From the IMG/VR virus record IMGVR_UViG_3300004369_000021, positions 1-53,556 of that record: 53,556 bases of DNA; one strand, 5' to 3'. The stretch's first letter is position 1, and each line of letters opens with the position of its first letter. This document shows positions 27,820-36,653 of the stretch, piece after piece. This DNA is from a virus. Taxonomy: Duplodnaviria; Caudoviricetes. The notes under the pieces were generated by a model that was not told the origin of the DNA, did no database searches, and was given only the letters and a program-made list of their open reading frames with translations. The position numbers and the translations under genes are program-made.

Positions 27820-28731
27820 TTATTTTGCGTTGGCTCTCATGCGGTCGTAAGTCGTTGTGTTCATCAGCTTTTTCAACACCGCGACGTCGTGGATCACGTC
27901 GTCCAGGAGCAGATTTCGCCACGTCCCGAACCGTCCGAGGCTGAAGATGTTGTGCTCGTGGGTGAGGTAGAAGATGAACTGCTTGCGCCATGAGTCGTTG
28001 ATTTTGGCGATCTTGCCGTAGCGTTGTGACACCTTCTCTATAGGCACGCAATCGCTCTCGCTCAAACCGAACGCCTCGAACAGCGGGTAGTCGTCAGAGG
28101 CGTCCACGTACTCCGCAATCAGCAAGTCGCCGGTGATGGAGGCGCGGTACAAACTGGTGTCCAGTCCAGGAAAGTAGACCGACTGAAACACGTCCGCGTT
28201 CGGGATGCGCCATCGCCGCACGACGATCGGTTCGTAGTTGAAGGTTGGGGCGGACTCGATGAACTCGCGGCTCAGTTCGTTGGCCATGAACTTGACCATC
28301 AGGTTCATTGGAAGCGTACTGATGACGGGTTCTTTGTCGGTCAACACTTCTTCACGCGTCAGCGCGTGGTTCCAATTTATGCGACCGGCGCAACGCTCGA
28401 TCAGCCGCTCGATGAAGTCCTCCGGCGCAATGAACCGCTCGGACGCTTCAAGATTCCAGATGCTGCGATCAGCCAACCGCCCGATCACCTTGCGCGAGTA
28501 CCAGTTGGAGAGTTGAATGCTCGGCGCGACCGCCTTGCCGTCCAGCCACAACCCTTTGTGCACTTTCACCTTGCGGAAGTCGATGCCGACCGCGTCCCCA
28601 ACGGCTGAACTCCTGAACCGAAGAACCGCCTTGTGTTGCGCGGTGTTTTCGGGAGACGCTTCGAAAATGCGCGCCTGTTGGAACATGCATCCAGCGAGCA
28701 AACCCGCGATGCCAGCACCATAGATCTTCAT
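27820..28731 (-). CDS. FAD-dependent oxidoreductase (UDP-galactopyranose mutase / protoporphyrinogen-oxidase-like fold)
   Basis: IYGAGIAGLLAG dinucleotide-binding motif, VISTLP, and C-terminal LGRFGTWRNLLLDD. Confidence 0.7.
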   Translation of the reverse strand: MKIYGAGIAGLLAGCMFQQARIFEASPENTAQHKAVLRFRSSAVGDAVGIDFRKVKVHKGLWLDGKAVAPSIQLSNWYSRKVIGRLADRSIWNLEASERFIAPEDFIERLIERCAGRINWNHALTREEVLTDKEPVISTLPMNLMVKFMANELSREFIESAPTFNYEPIVVRRWRIPNADVFQSVYFPGLDTSLYRASITGDLLIAEYVDASDDYPLFEAFGLSESDCVPIEKVSQRYGKIAKINDSWRKQFIFYLTHEHNIFSLGRFGTWRNLLLDDVIHDVAVLKKLMNTTTYDRMRANAK

Positions 28732-28763
28732 GTTATGTTCTCCGTTCTGAGTTCGTTGCAGGT

Positions 28764-28792
28764 ATTATGACGCAGTCCTGCAACAATGGCAA
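28764..28792 (-). promoter_or_regulatory. Leftward promoter of a divergent pair
   Basis: TTGCCA-N17-CATAAT; 8-bp inverted repeat GTTGCAGG/CCTGCAAC flanks the -10. Confidence 0.75.
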
Positions 28793-28818
28793 CTTATTTT
28801 TGACGAGCAAGAAATAGT

Positions 28819-28847
28819 TTGCCTTTTTGCGCAGGACGCAGGATAAT
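28819..28847 (+). promoter_or_regulatory. Rightward promoter of a divergent pair
   Basis: TTGCCT-N17-GATAAT. Confidence 0.75.
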
Positions 28848-28924
28848 ATCAGAGCCGAAAATAACCGTTGCGAAAGTTTGAAGACCACGGCATGATCGCA
28901 ACCTATGAAATGGAGAACTGAAGA

Positions 28925-29263
28925 ATGCCGAAAGTTTACATAACACAAGTGCCAAACCGGCGCGACCCAGAGACGAACATGTTCGTCCCGACGGTCAACA
29001 TTGCTCCTGCAGCTGAATGGGGCGAACCAGTCGTCCTCATGCCACCACGGTCATCGTTCTACGCGACAACCGACTTGGTGAAGCAGCTGCGCGAGAAACT
29101 AGAGCACTACGACTACGAAGTTGGCGACAGCATCGTGGCCATGGGCGACCCCGCTGTCATCGCTGTGACCTGTGCAATCCTCGGCAAGCTGCATGGGACA
29201 TTCTTGCTGTTGAAGTGGGACAAGAATGTGGGGCGGTATATTCCGTCGCACGTAAGAGTTTAA
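28925..29263 (+). CDS. Hypothetical protein
   Basis: 112 aa; GGAGAA RBS; GDP..I and LKWD motifs seen in phage replication modules. Confidence 0.75.
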   Translation: MPKVYITQVPNRRDPETNMFVPTVNIAPAAEWGEPVVLMPPRSSFYATTDLVKQLREKLEHYDYEVGDSIVAMGDPAVIAVTCAILGKLHGTFLLLKWDKNVGRYIPSHVRV

Positions 29264-29284
29264 CTGAAGAAAGGAGAAAGTAGA

Positions 29285-29785
29285 ATGTCTATCACACTAG
29301 ACGAAATGACCGCCTTGGCTCGTGCCTTGGTGGATGCGGACTCAGCTGTTGAAAACGCTGAAAACGCATTGAAGCACACCAAGGAGATTGCGCGCATCCT
29401 GCGTGAAGAAACAATCCCCTCGGCGATGCAGGAACTGGGCATCGAGAAGCTTGAACTCAGCACCGGTCAGAAGATCACCATCGCACAAGAGGTGTACGCT
29501 TCTATCCCAGCTGCGAGCAAAGATGAGGCTCATCGTTGGCTGGAGGCGAATGGATTCGGCGGCTTGATCAAGGTCGGCGTCACCACCCAGTACGGCAAGG
29601 GCGAACGCGACGAAGCGTTGCAACTGTTCAGCGAACTGCAAGGTCGCGGTCTCAGTGCAAAGTTCGACGAGAGCGTTCACGCTCAGACGTTGAAGGCGTT
29701 CCTCAGGGAACAAATTTCCTCCGGCAACAACGTGCCGTTGGAACTGTTTGGTGCGCGTCCTGTCTGGACCGCAAAGATCAAGTAA
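29285..29785 (+). CDS. Hypothetical replication-module protein
   Basis: 166 aa; IP..M, WL...G.G.LIK and VH.QTLKAF pattern; AAGGAG RBS. Confidence 0.75.
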   Translation: MSITLDEMTALARALVDADSAVENAENALKHTKEIARILREETIPSAMQELGIEKLELSTGQKITIAQEVYASIPAASKDEAHRWLEANGFGGLIKVGVTTQYGKGERDEALQLFSELQGRGLSAKFDESVHAQTLKAFLREQISSGNNVPLELFGARPVWTAKIK

Positions 29786-29809
29786 TCCCAACTCTCAAGG
29801 AGAATCATC

Positions 29810-30592
29810 ATGGCTACAAAACCCAAAACCGCTGTCGCAGTGAAAGAAGACAACAACCTCCCAATAGCAATGATGGCCGACATGGCCGCAGACGCTGGTA
29901 TGGGGCTGGAAGGCGCGGACAAAGACTCGTTTGCAATCCCGTTCATCGCAATGCTGCAAGGTCTCTCGCCGCAGCTGGAAACGGTTGACAACGCCAAACC
30001 AGGACTGTTCATCAACACCATCACCAACGAGGTGTTCAAGGAAGCGTTGGTCGTGCCTTGCGCCTACCAGCGGCGTTACCTGCGTTGGGCTCCGCGCGAC
30101 GCTGGCGGCGGCTACAAAGGCGACTTCAGCCCGATCGATGTCGAAACCGGCAAGTTGCTTAACGTGGAACGCGGTGACGATGGACGTCTGCGTATCGAAG
30201 GCGACGAACTGAAGGACACGCGCAACCACTTCGTCCTCGTGCGCTCGACGAGCGGCGTTTGGCAACCGGCGTTGTTGTCGCTCAGTTCAACGCAGATCAA
30301 GAAGTCGAAGCGTTGGATGAGCCTAATTCAAGGCATCGAGATGCGCAACCCGCAAGGCAAGGCATTCACCCCGCCGTCGTTCAGCCACGTCTACAAGCTG
30401 ATCGGCGTCAAGGAGGAAAACTCCAAAGGCTCATGGTGGGGCATCAACATCGAGGTTGTCGAGCCGGTCGCCGATCAAGAGTTGTACCTGAAGGCGCGTG
30501 AGTTCAGCAAGCAAGTTGCTGCAGGCGAAGTCAAGGTCTCCGAACCTGTGCCTGAAAGCGTGCACGAAGAAGGCGGCGAAGACCGTTTCTAA
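29810..30592 (+). CDS. Putative single-stranded DNA-binding protein
   Basis: IPFI..LQ.LSPQ, aromatic-rich core, acidic tail ending in Phe; directly upstream of the primase. Confidence 0.55.
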   Translation: MATKPKTAVAVKEDNNLPIAMMADMAADAGMGLEGADKDSFAIPFIAMLQGLSPQLETVDNAKPGLFINTITNEVFKEALVVPCAYQRRYLRWAPRDAGGGYKGDFSPIDVETGKLLNVERGDDGRLRIEGDELKDTRNHFVLVRSTSGVWQPALLSLSSTQIKKSKRWMSLIQGIEMRNPQGKAFTPPSFSHVYKLIGVKEENSKGSWWGINIEVVEPVADQELYLKAREFSKQVAAGEVKVSEPVPESVHEEGGEDRF

Positions 30593-30614
30593 CGCTGCAC
30601 GAACCTGCAACTAG

Positions 30615-30653
30615 AGGCGTGCGGCTGTAGCAACGGTCGTGCGCCTTTTTCTT
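30615..30653 (+). terminator. Probable intrinsic terminator
   Basis: AGGCG...CGCCT stem with several G-U pairs, followed by TTTTCTT. Confidence 0.6.
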
Positions 30654-30673
30654 GATCAACGAGGAGTTTATGA

Positions 30674-32833
30674 ATGAACGACACGCACACAGCTGCGGTC
30701 GAGTATGCCAAGCGCGGATGGATGGTCTTCCCGCTGCACTCGATCAACGACGACGGCGTGTGCACTTGTGGGAACGCGGCTTGCTCAGACGCGGGCAAAC
30801 ATCCACGTGTGCAACGCGGCTTGAAGGAAGCGTCACGCGACCTCAAGCAAATTGACGACTGGTTCGGCGCAACCGCGCCGCGCTCCAACATCGGCATTGT
30901 CACCGGTGAAGTCTCCGGCATCACGGTGCTCGACATCGACGTGGGTGAAGGCAAGTTCGGCGCAGAGTCATGGGCTGAGTTAATCGCCGACCACGGCGAA
31001 CCCGACACGCTCATCGCTGAGACCGGCTCCGGCGGGATGCACGTGATCTTCCAATACAACTCCGCGCTCAAGACAGCCAGCAACGTTCTCGGCAAAGGCG
31101 TCGACAGCCGCAACGACGGAGGCTACATCGTGGCCGCGCCTTCCCGCCACCGCTCGGGAGGAACCTACAAGTGGCTCAACTGGGGAACAGCGTTGGCTGT
31201 GCTCCCCGCGCATCTTTCGCGCCGCAAAGAAACACGTGGCCGTCCGAAGAAAGACGACATGTATCGCGGCAAGTATACCATCGAGCAAGTGGCGACGATG
31301 TTGGAGGCTGTTCCCGCCGACGACCGCGACCTGTGGCGTTCGATCGGGATCATTCTGGGCAGGGAATTCGACCGCGTGGACGAGGCGTGGCAGGTCTACT
31401 CAGACTGGTCCAACAAGTTCAGCGGCAAGAAAGGTCGCAACCACAACGAGATCATGCACGAGGCGTTCTATGAGTTGAGCCAGCAGAACGCCGAAAAGCA
31501 ACTCACCGTCGGCACCATCGTGAAGGCTGCGCTCGACAACGGTTGGGCTCCAAAGAGCGGTGAGGTGCCGCTCGGCAACTTCATCTACTACGGTCCAGGC
31601 AACAACTACATCTACCGCCCCACCAACAGCTTTTGGATTGCAGCAGCGGTGGATTCAGCCGTGTCGACGGTGAACGAGAGTGGCAAGTTGATGAAGGCGT
31701 CAGATTGGTTGCGCAAGAACGCGCTGGTCACCTCAATGACGTCCGACCCTTCGATCGAAGACGACTACGTGAAAGGCTACGATTGCCGCGACGGTGAGAT
31801 CGTGACGAGCGCAGGCGCGGCGTTGTTCAATGCGTACCGCCGCCCGACGATCGAACTTGGCGTGCCCAAGATGGCGAAGCCTTTCCTCGAACACGTCTAC
31901 CGCATCTTCAACAAGGCAGGCGACGCAGAGCAGTTCTTGGATTACATGGCTCACCGCGTGCAAAAGCCTTGGGAGAAGCCGCGATTCGCGCTGTTGATTG
32001 CCGGTGGGCAAGGCGTGGGCAAAGACACGGCAATCGAGTTTTGCTGTCCGGCGATTGGTGCTTGGAACGTCAGCAACATTGACCCTGGAGCCTTCGAGCA
32101 ATCCTTCAACGAGTACGCCGCCGCAACGCTCGTGCGCATCTCGGAAGCCGCCAACCTGCACGAGATGTCCAAGTGGGCGTTCAACGAACGCACCAAGGTG
32201 CTCATCGCCGGTTCGCCCGACACCTGCCAGATCAACCCCAAGTATGGCCAGAAGTTTTCGGTGCGCATGTACTGCGGCGTGATCATCACGACCAACCATC
32301 TCGCCAACGGCATCTACATCCCCGAGGACGACCGCCGCTACGACGTGATCGATTGCGCCTCGATGGACGAGATGGGGCTGCGCAAGGAGGACGCGCGACG
32401 CCAGTACTTTTCTGAACTGTGGGAGTGGTTCTTCGAAGGCGGTGCGAGCCACGTGGCCGCTTACCTCCACGAACACGACATCAGCAAGTTCAATGCAAGC
32501 AACGGTCAACGCAAGACAGATGCGCACAAAACGGTCGTGGCTTCCGGCATGACAGGCGACCAGTGGCTGGACGACATCCTCGAAAGCATGAACAGTCCAA
32601 AAGCCGTTCGGTCAGACTGGGTGCTGACCAAGGCGGTTGCCGAAGGCGAAAAGGAAGGCGACGTCAAGCGCAAACTCTCCAACTCCATGAGCCGCTCAGG
32701 TTACTCGCTGCATCGCTCGGACAGGAAAGATGGCCGGTGGAAGATCGGCAACAAGATCGTCACTGTTTACGTCAAGACCGGAACACCCGCAGATTATGAC
32801 CCAACAGAGGAATTGAGCAATGAACCGTTCTAA
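30674..32833 (+). CDS. Primase-polymerase (Prim-Pol + PriCT-2) fused to a P-loop helicase
   Basis: GWMVFPL, C.C....C...GKHP, NIGIVTG, VLDID, TGSGG.H, Walker A GGQGVGKD and DRRY motifs. Confidence 0.88.
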   Translation: MNDTHTAAVEYAKRGWMVFPLHSINDDGVCTCGNAACSDAGKHPRVQRGLKEASRDLKQIDDWFGATAPRSNIGIVTGEVSGITVLDIDVGEGKFGAESWAELIADHGEPDTLIAETGSGGMHVIFQYNSALKTASNVLGKGVDSRNDGGYIVAAPSRHRSGGTYKWLNWGTALAVLPAHLSRRKETRGRPKKDDMYRGKYTIEQVATMLEAVPADDRDLWRSIGIILGREFDRVDEAWQVYSDWSNKFSGKKGRNHNEIMHEAFYELSQQNAEKQLTVGTIVKAALDNGWAPKSGEVPLGNFIYYGPGNNYIYRPTNSFWIAAAVDSAVSTVNESGKLMKASDWLRKNALVTSMTSDPSIEDDYVKGYDCRDGEIVTSAGAALFNAYRRPTIELGVPKMAKPFLEHVYRIFNKAGDAEQFLDYMAHRVQKPWEKPRFALLIAGGQGVGKDTAIEFCCPAIGAWNVSNIDPGAFEQSFNEYAAATLVRISEAANLHEMSKWAFNERTKVLIAGSPDTCQINPKYGQKFSVRMYCGVIITTNHLANGIYIPEDDRRYDVIDCASMDEMGLRKEDARRQYFSELWEWFFEGGASHVAAYLHEHDISKFNASNGQRKTDAHKTVVASGMTGDQWLDDILESMNSPKAVRSDWVLTKAVAEGEKEGDVKRKLSNSMSRSGYSLHRSDRKDGRWKIGNKIVTVYVKTGTPADYDPTEELSNEPF

Positions 32834-33206
32834 CATGTTCGATCCGTTCGACCCGAACAATCGCGACAAGCGCAAGCGTCGCACCAAGGCGCAAATTTCC
32901 GCCGACACAGCCGCATGGAACAACGCCATCGATGAAGCGTTCCGCTCTGCGTTGAACGAACTGAACGATCCAAAATACGCGCAAGGCGATTACCTGCTGG
33001 AAGTGGCTGCTCAACATCACGACAATTACTACGCTCTGCGCCGCAACATCACGCCTTCGTTGGAGCGGCTCGGCTACGTCATCCTGCCCAACGACAAGTC
33101 CTCCGACAAGCGGTGGAAGGCGTTCGGCAAGAGCCTCACCGTCTACCGGAAAGTCGACGCGCCTGTCCTCGACCGCGACGCGCTGGCCGCTGAGTTGGAG
33201 TGGTGA
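32820..33206 (+). CDS. Hypothetical protein resembling the primase C-terminal region
   Basis: LERLGY....N....DKRWK..GK..TVYRK resembles primase MSRSGY....S...DGRWK.GNK..TVYVK. Confidence 0.6.
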   Translation: MNRSNMFDPFDPNNRDKRKRRTKAQISADTAAWNNAIDEAFRSALNELNDPKYAQGDYLLEVAAQHHDNYYALRRNITPSLERLGYVILPNDKSSDKRWKAFGKSLTVYRKVDAPVLDRDALAAELEW

Positions 33207-33209
33207 GGG

Positions 33210-33452
33210 ATGGGAAAACCGCTGCCACCTTGGATCAAGATCAACAAGGGCGACCGCCGTCCGACGGAACGGGTGATCGTTTCCTACGAATACAAAGACC
33301 TCAACGTTGAAACGTTGGATTGGGTCACGCGGTGGGGTGTCACCGGCGCATGGTGGAACCCTAAGCGCCAACATTGGGTTGCCGATCATGGCAAGCCGAT
33401 CACGAACGTAACACATTGGATGCCTATGCCTGGAGGGAATGGCGATGACTGA
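33210..33452 (+). CDS. DUF551-like small protein
   Basis: WIKI...P N-terminus and VTHWMPMP C-terminus. Confidence 0.65.
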   Translation: MGKPLPPWIKINKGDRRPTERVIVSYEYKDLNVETLDWVTRWGVTGAWWNPKRQHWVADHGKPITNVTHWMPMPGGNGDD

Positions 33453-33678
33453 TATCGAATGTAAAGCAGAACTAGAGGCACTCCACGCATCGCTGCCCGA
33501 GCGTCTGGAGCGCGTGGCCCTGATGGCCGAGATTGCCAACCACCACATCGACGACATGCGGGTCATGCCCGCAGCGGGCGTGGCCGACACACTTTACGAG
33601 GCGCTGGACGAGATCAAGCGGCTGGAAACCAAGCTGGCGAAGGCGGTGGGAGAACTGAAAGGACAAGACGATGAATAA
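33439..33678 (+). CDS. Hypothetical protein
   Basis: 79-aa ORF overlapping both neighbours; GGAGG RBS. Confidence 0.6.
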   Translation: MAMTDIECKAELEALHASLPERLERVALMAEIANHHIDDMRVMPAAGVADTLYEALDEIKRLETKLAKAVGELKGQDDE

Positions 33679-33862
33679 AGCAATCAAGCATGGCATTCCT
33701 GTTGCCATTGCATTTGTTGTAGGACTTGCACTGGGATCTTGGAGCCACCCTTATGAGCGATGCACGGTTGGCAAAGGTTTCACCAACCCAGAAGACATTG
33801 GCGAATGCATTTGGCTGCTCGAAAATCAACTCGCATTGTTGAAACGAGGTGAGTGGCGATGA
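33671..33862 (+). CDS. Small membrane-anchored hypothetical protein
   Basis: N-terminal hydrophobic helix; overlapping start and stop codons. Confidence 0.6.
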   Translation: MNKAIKHGIPVAIAFVVGLALGSWSHPYERCTVGKGFTNPEDIGECIWLLENQLALLKRGEWR

Positions 33863-34059
33863 TCCTGCAACTCAATCCTCCAATCCCTCTCGACACGCCC
33901 AAGGGCTCCGCTCTCGCTCACCTCGTCATCGACAATGGACCGGAATACAATCTGCTTTGGGTCTGCTTCAATGACGTTGACGGCGAGTGTTGGACTTGGG
34001 ACAACTCAAAAGTGCGTGGACAGAAAAACATCACCCATGGCAGGCTGACAAATGAATGA
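33859..34059 (+). CDS. Hypothetical protein (66 aa)
   Basis: MILQLNPPIPLDTPKG...WVCF...GECWTW...N.T.GR, a conserved-looking small phage protein; ATGA overlap. Confidence 0.7.
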   Translation: MILQLNPPIPLDTPKGSALAHLVIDNGPEYNLLWVCFNDVDGECWTWDNSKVRGQKNITHGRLTNE

Positions 34060-34383
34060 TGAGCAGCCCGACAAACTCTTTTAATAGTGTTAAAACAGAG
34101 ATTTTTGGAGAGAAAATTTCGTGGAGTTATCTTCGACGATCGTGGGTTTAACGGGCGGAAACAGAATGAGGATTTTCGACGATGTAATGGCGTAAGTCGT
34201 TGTTCGACGAGGGAAAATCGACGAATGCACGGCGGTGGTGCGAGGATGCGTAGCCCGTCAAACTTGATAATACTCCCAAAGATATTAATTTATATAACAA
34301 GGAGAATAGAGGGAAAATAGGAATAATAAACGATTAAATATCCAGACGATATTTACCACGTTTATCGGGCTAAAGACTTTCCC

Positions 34384-34412
34384 TTGCCTTTGTGGTGCAA
34401 TCAGCACATAAT
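34384..34412 (+). promoter_or_regulatory. Promoter for the packaging/head operon
   Basis: TTGCCT-N17-CATAAT. Confidence 0.8.
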
Positions 34413-34442
34413 TCAATCAAACACTTCCATGGAGCGTGCCAG

Positions 34443-34928
34443 ATGGCGACCAAGTACACGGACGCAGACAAGCGCAATATTGCAAACAAGGTCTTCAAAC
34501 TGATGGAGACTGGCATGCCGCTTGGAAAGTCGTGCAAAAAAACTGGTGTCCCGAAAGCAACCGTTCAGGGTTGGATCGCCGCTGACGCGGCCATTGCCGG
34601 CCAGTACGCGCTCGCGCGCGAGGCCCTGCTGGAACATTGGGCTGAGGAAGTGGTCACCGTTGCCGACGATGACCCCGCGCAAGTGGTCGATCAAAACGGC
34701 ATTGCTCGTTATGACTCTGCGGCGGTGCAACATCAACGCTTGCGTGTCGACTCCCGCAAGTGGGTGCTAAGCAAACTGAAGCCGAAAGAGTACGGCGACA
34801 AAGTCACGCAGGAACACACCGGTGCAAACGGCGGTCCAATCGCCATGGCGGCTGTCGACTTGAAGAACCTCAGCGACGAAGAGTTGGCTGCGATGAAAAC
34901 TTTGATGGCGAAGGTAACAAGTTCGTGA
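34443..34928 (+). CDS. terS: Terminase small subunit (Sf6-like)
   Basis: N-terminal HTH, Y..ARE, and RLRVDSRKWVLSKL.PK.YGDK. Confidence 0.88.
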   Translation: MATKYTDADKRNIANKVFKLMETGMPLGKSCKKTGVPKATVQGWIAADAAIAGQYALAREALLEHWAEEVVTVADDDPAQVVDQNGIARYDSAAVQHQRLRVDSRKWVLSKLKPKEYGDKVTQEHTGANGGPIAMAAVDLKNLSDEELAAMKTLMAKVTSS

Positions 34929-36496
34929 ACGCTTCCATCGAACCCGCATTGATGCTGAAAATGATCGAGGTGGAAGAAAGTCGCCGCGCCGCTTCAGCGT
35001 CTTTGTACGAGTTCGTGCGCCAGTGTTGGCCGACAGTCGAACCAGGAGTGAAGTTCGTCGAGTCATGGCACATTGAAACGATCTGCGAACACCTTGAAGC
35101 AATCACAGCCGGTGAGATCCGCAAGCTGCTGATCAACATTCCGCCGCGCCATTCGAAGTCTACGATCGTTTCGGTCATTTGGCCGATGTGGGAGTGGTTG
35201 ACAGACCCTGCCCAAAAGTACCTGTGCGCATCCTACTCCGGCAACCTGAGCATCCGTGATAACTTGAAGGCAAGACGCTTGGCGCAGTCCCCTTGGTACC
35301 AAGAGCGTTGGGGTCACATGTTCAAGTTGTCCGGTGACCAGAACGCCAAGCAACGCTTCGAGAACGACAAGACCGGCTACCGGCTAGCGACATCCGTGGG
35401 CGGTACAGCGACTGGTGAAGGCGGATCGAGGTTGATCCTCGACGACCCGCATTCCGCGCAAGAGGCGCAATCGGACGTCATCCGGCAGTCGGCGTTGGAG
35501 TGGTTCGACGTTGTTTGGTCCACCCGTCTGAACGACCCCAAAAAAGACGCCATGGTTACGGTCATGCAGCGTCTGCACGAACGCGACATCTCAGGACACA
35601 TCCTTGAGGACATTGGCGGCTGGGAACACTTGATGATCCCTGCTGAGTGGGACGGCGTGAAGCGCAAGACGTTCCTTGGTCCTTATGACCCGCGCAAAAA
35701 GAAAGGCGACCTGATATGCCCTGAACGCTTCGGCGTCAAAGAGATCACCGAACTCAAGCAGCTGCTCGGCACATACGGCACCGCAGGCCAGCTGCAGCAA
35801 GACCCGACGCCGTCTGAAGGCGGCATCCTGAAGACCGCACACATTCAGATGTGGCCGCATGAAAAAGCGTTGCCGCACTTCGAATACATCCTGCAGTCCT
35901 ACGACTGCGCGTTCACCGAAAAGACAACCGGCGACCCGACTGCTTGCACGGTGTGGGCGATGTTCACGCACGAAGGTCAACGCAAGGCGATGCTCATCGA
36001 CGCATGGGACGAGCATCTGTCGTACCCTGAACTTCGCACTCGCGCGATCAAGGACTGGGGAACTGAGTATGGCGGCACGTCCATCAAGGACGGCGTGCGC
36101 CGCGCTCGTAGACCAGACCGCGTGCTCGTTGAAGCCAAGGCGTCAGGCCAATCCTTGCTGCAGGACTTGCGGCTCGCCAAGGTTCCGGCTGTTCCCTACA
36201 ATCCTGGAATGGCCGACAAGATCAGCCGTGCGCACCAAGCCGCGCCGACGCTCGAACTGGAGTTGATCTGGGTTCCTGAGTCGGCCAAGAACCCTGGACA
36301 GCCGGTCAGTTGGGCTGCAGCGTTCTTGAAACAGCTTGCTAAATTCCCTGTTGCAGAGCATGATGACTATGTTGACACGTTCACGCAGGCGATAATTTAC
36401 CTCAAAAACAGCCAATGGTTCGAGTTGCCGCAGGCTCGCGACATCGACGAACCGCGCAGGCTCAACGAACGGAAGGTGAACCCATATGCAATCTAA
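34925..36496 (+). CDS. terL: Terminase large subunit
   Basis: INIPPRHSKS Walker A variant, LILDDPH, MQRLH, QQ.P, SYDCA, VE.KASG and HDD.VD motifs; GTG start overlaps the terS stop. Confidence 0.93.
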   Translation: MNASIEPALMLKMIEVEESRRAASASLYEFVRQCWPTVEPGVKFVESWHIETICEHLEAITAGEIRKLLINIPPRHSKSTIVSVIWPMWEWLTDPAQKYLCASYSGNLSIRDNLKARRLAQSPWYQERWGHMFKLSGDQNAKQRFENDKTGYRLATSVGGTATGEGGSRLILDDPHSAQEAQSDVIRQSALEWFDVVWSTRLNDPKKDAMVTVMQRLHERDISGHILEDIGGWEHLMIPAEWDGVKRKTFLGPYDPRKKKGDLICPERFGVKEITELKQLLGTYGTAGQLQQDPTPSEGGILKTAHIQMWPHEKALPHFEYILQSYDCAFTEKTTGDPTACTVWAMFTHEGQRKAMLIDAWDEHLSYPELRTRAIKDWGTEYGGTSIKDGVRRARRPDRVLVEAKASGQSLLQDLRLAKVPAVPYNPGMADKISRAHQAAPTLELELIWVPESAKNPGQPVSWAAAFLKQLAKFPVAEHDDYVDTFTQAIIYLKNSQWFELPQARDIDEPRRLNERKVNPYAI

Positions 36497-36653
36497 GAAA
36501 CCTGTTTGGGACAAAAAGCGACCAAAGGATCTTGGTGAGCCTAAGCCGCTCGGCAAGAAAGCTAAGAAGAGCGCAATGGCCGTTGCCAAGGAAGCCGGTC
36601 GTCCGTACCCGAACCTCGTCGACAACATGCGTGCTGCGAGGAAAAAGAAATGA
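36486..36653 (+). CDS. Small basic protein (55 aa), absent from the ORF track
   Basis: MQSKKPVWDKKRPK...AGRPYPNLVDNMRAARKKK; fills the terL-to-next-gene gap with an ATGA overlap. Confidence 0.65.
   Translation: MQSKKPVWDKKRPKDLGEPKPLGKKAKKSAMAVAKEAGRPYPNLVDNMRAARKKK

Noticed and set aside
16747-34059. Lysogeny module or tRNA genes
   Set aside because: No integrase, repressor, ParA or cloverleaf structure recognised
34087-34320. 77-aa ORF in the AT-rich gap
   Set aside because: No RBS, atypical composition, and it overlaps the repeat-bearing non-coding tract
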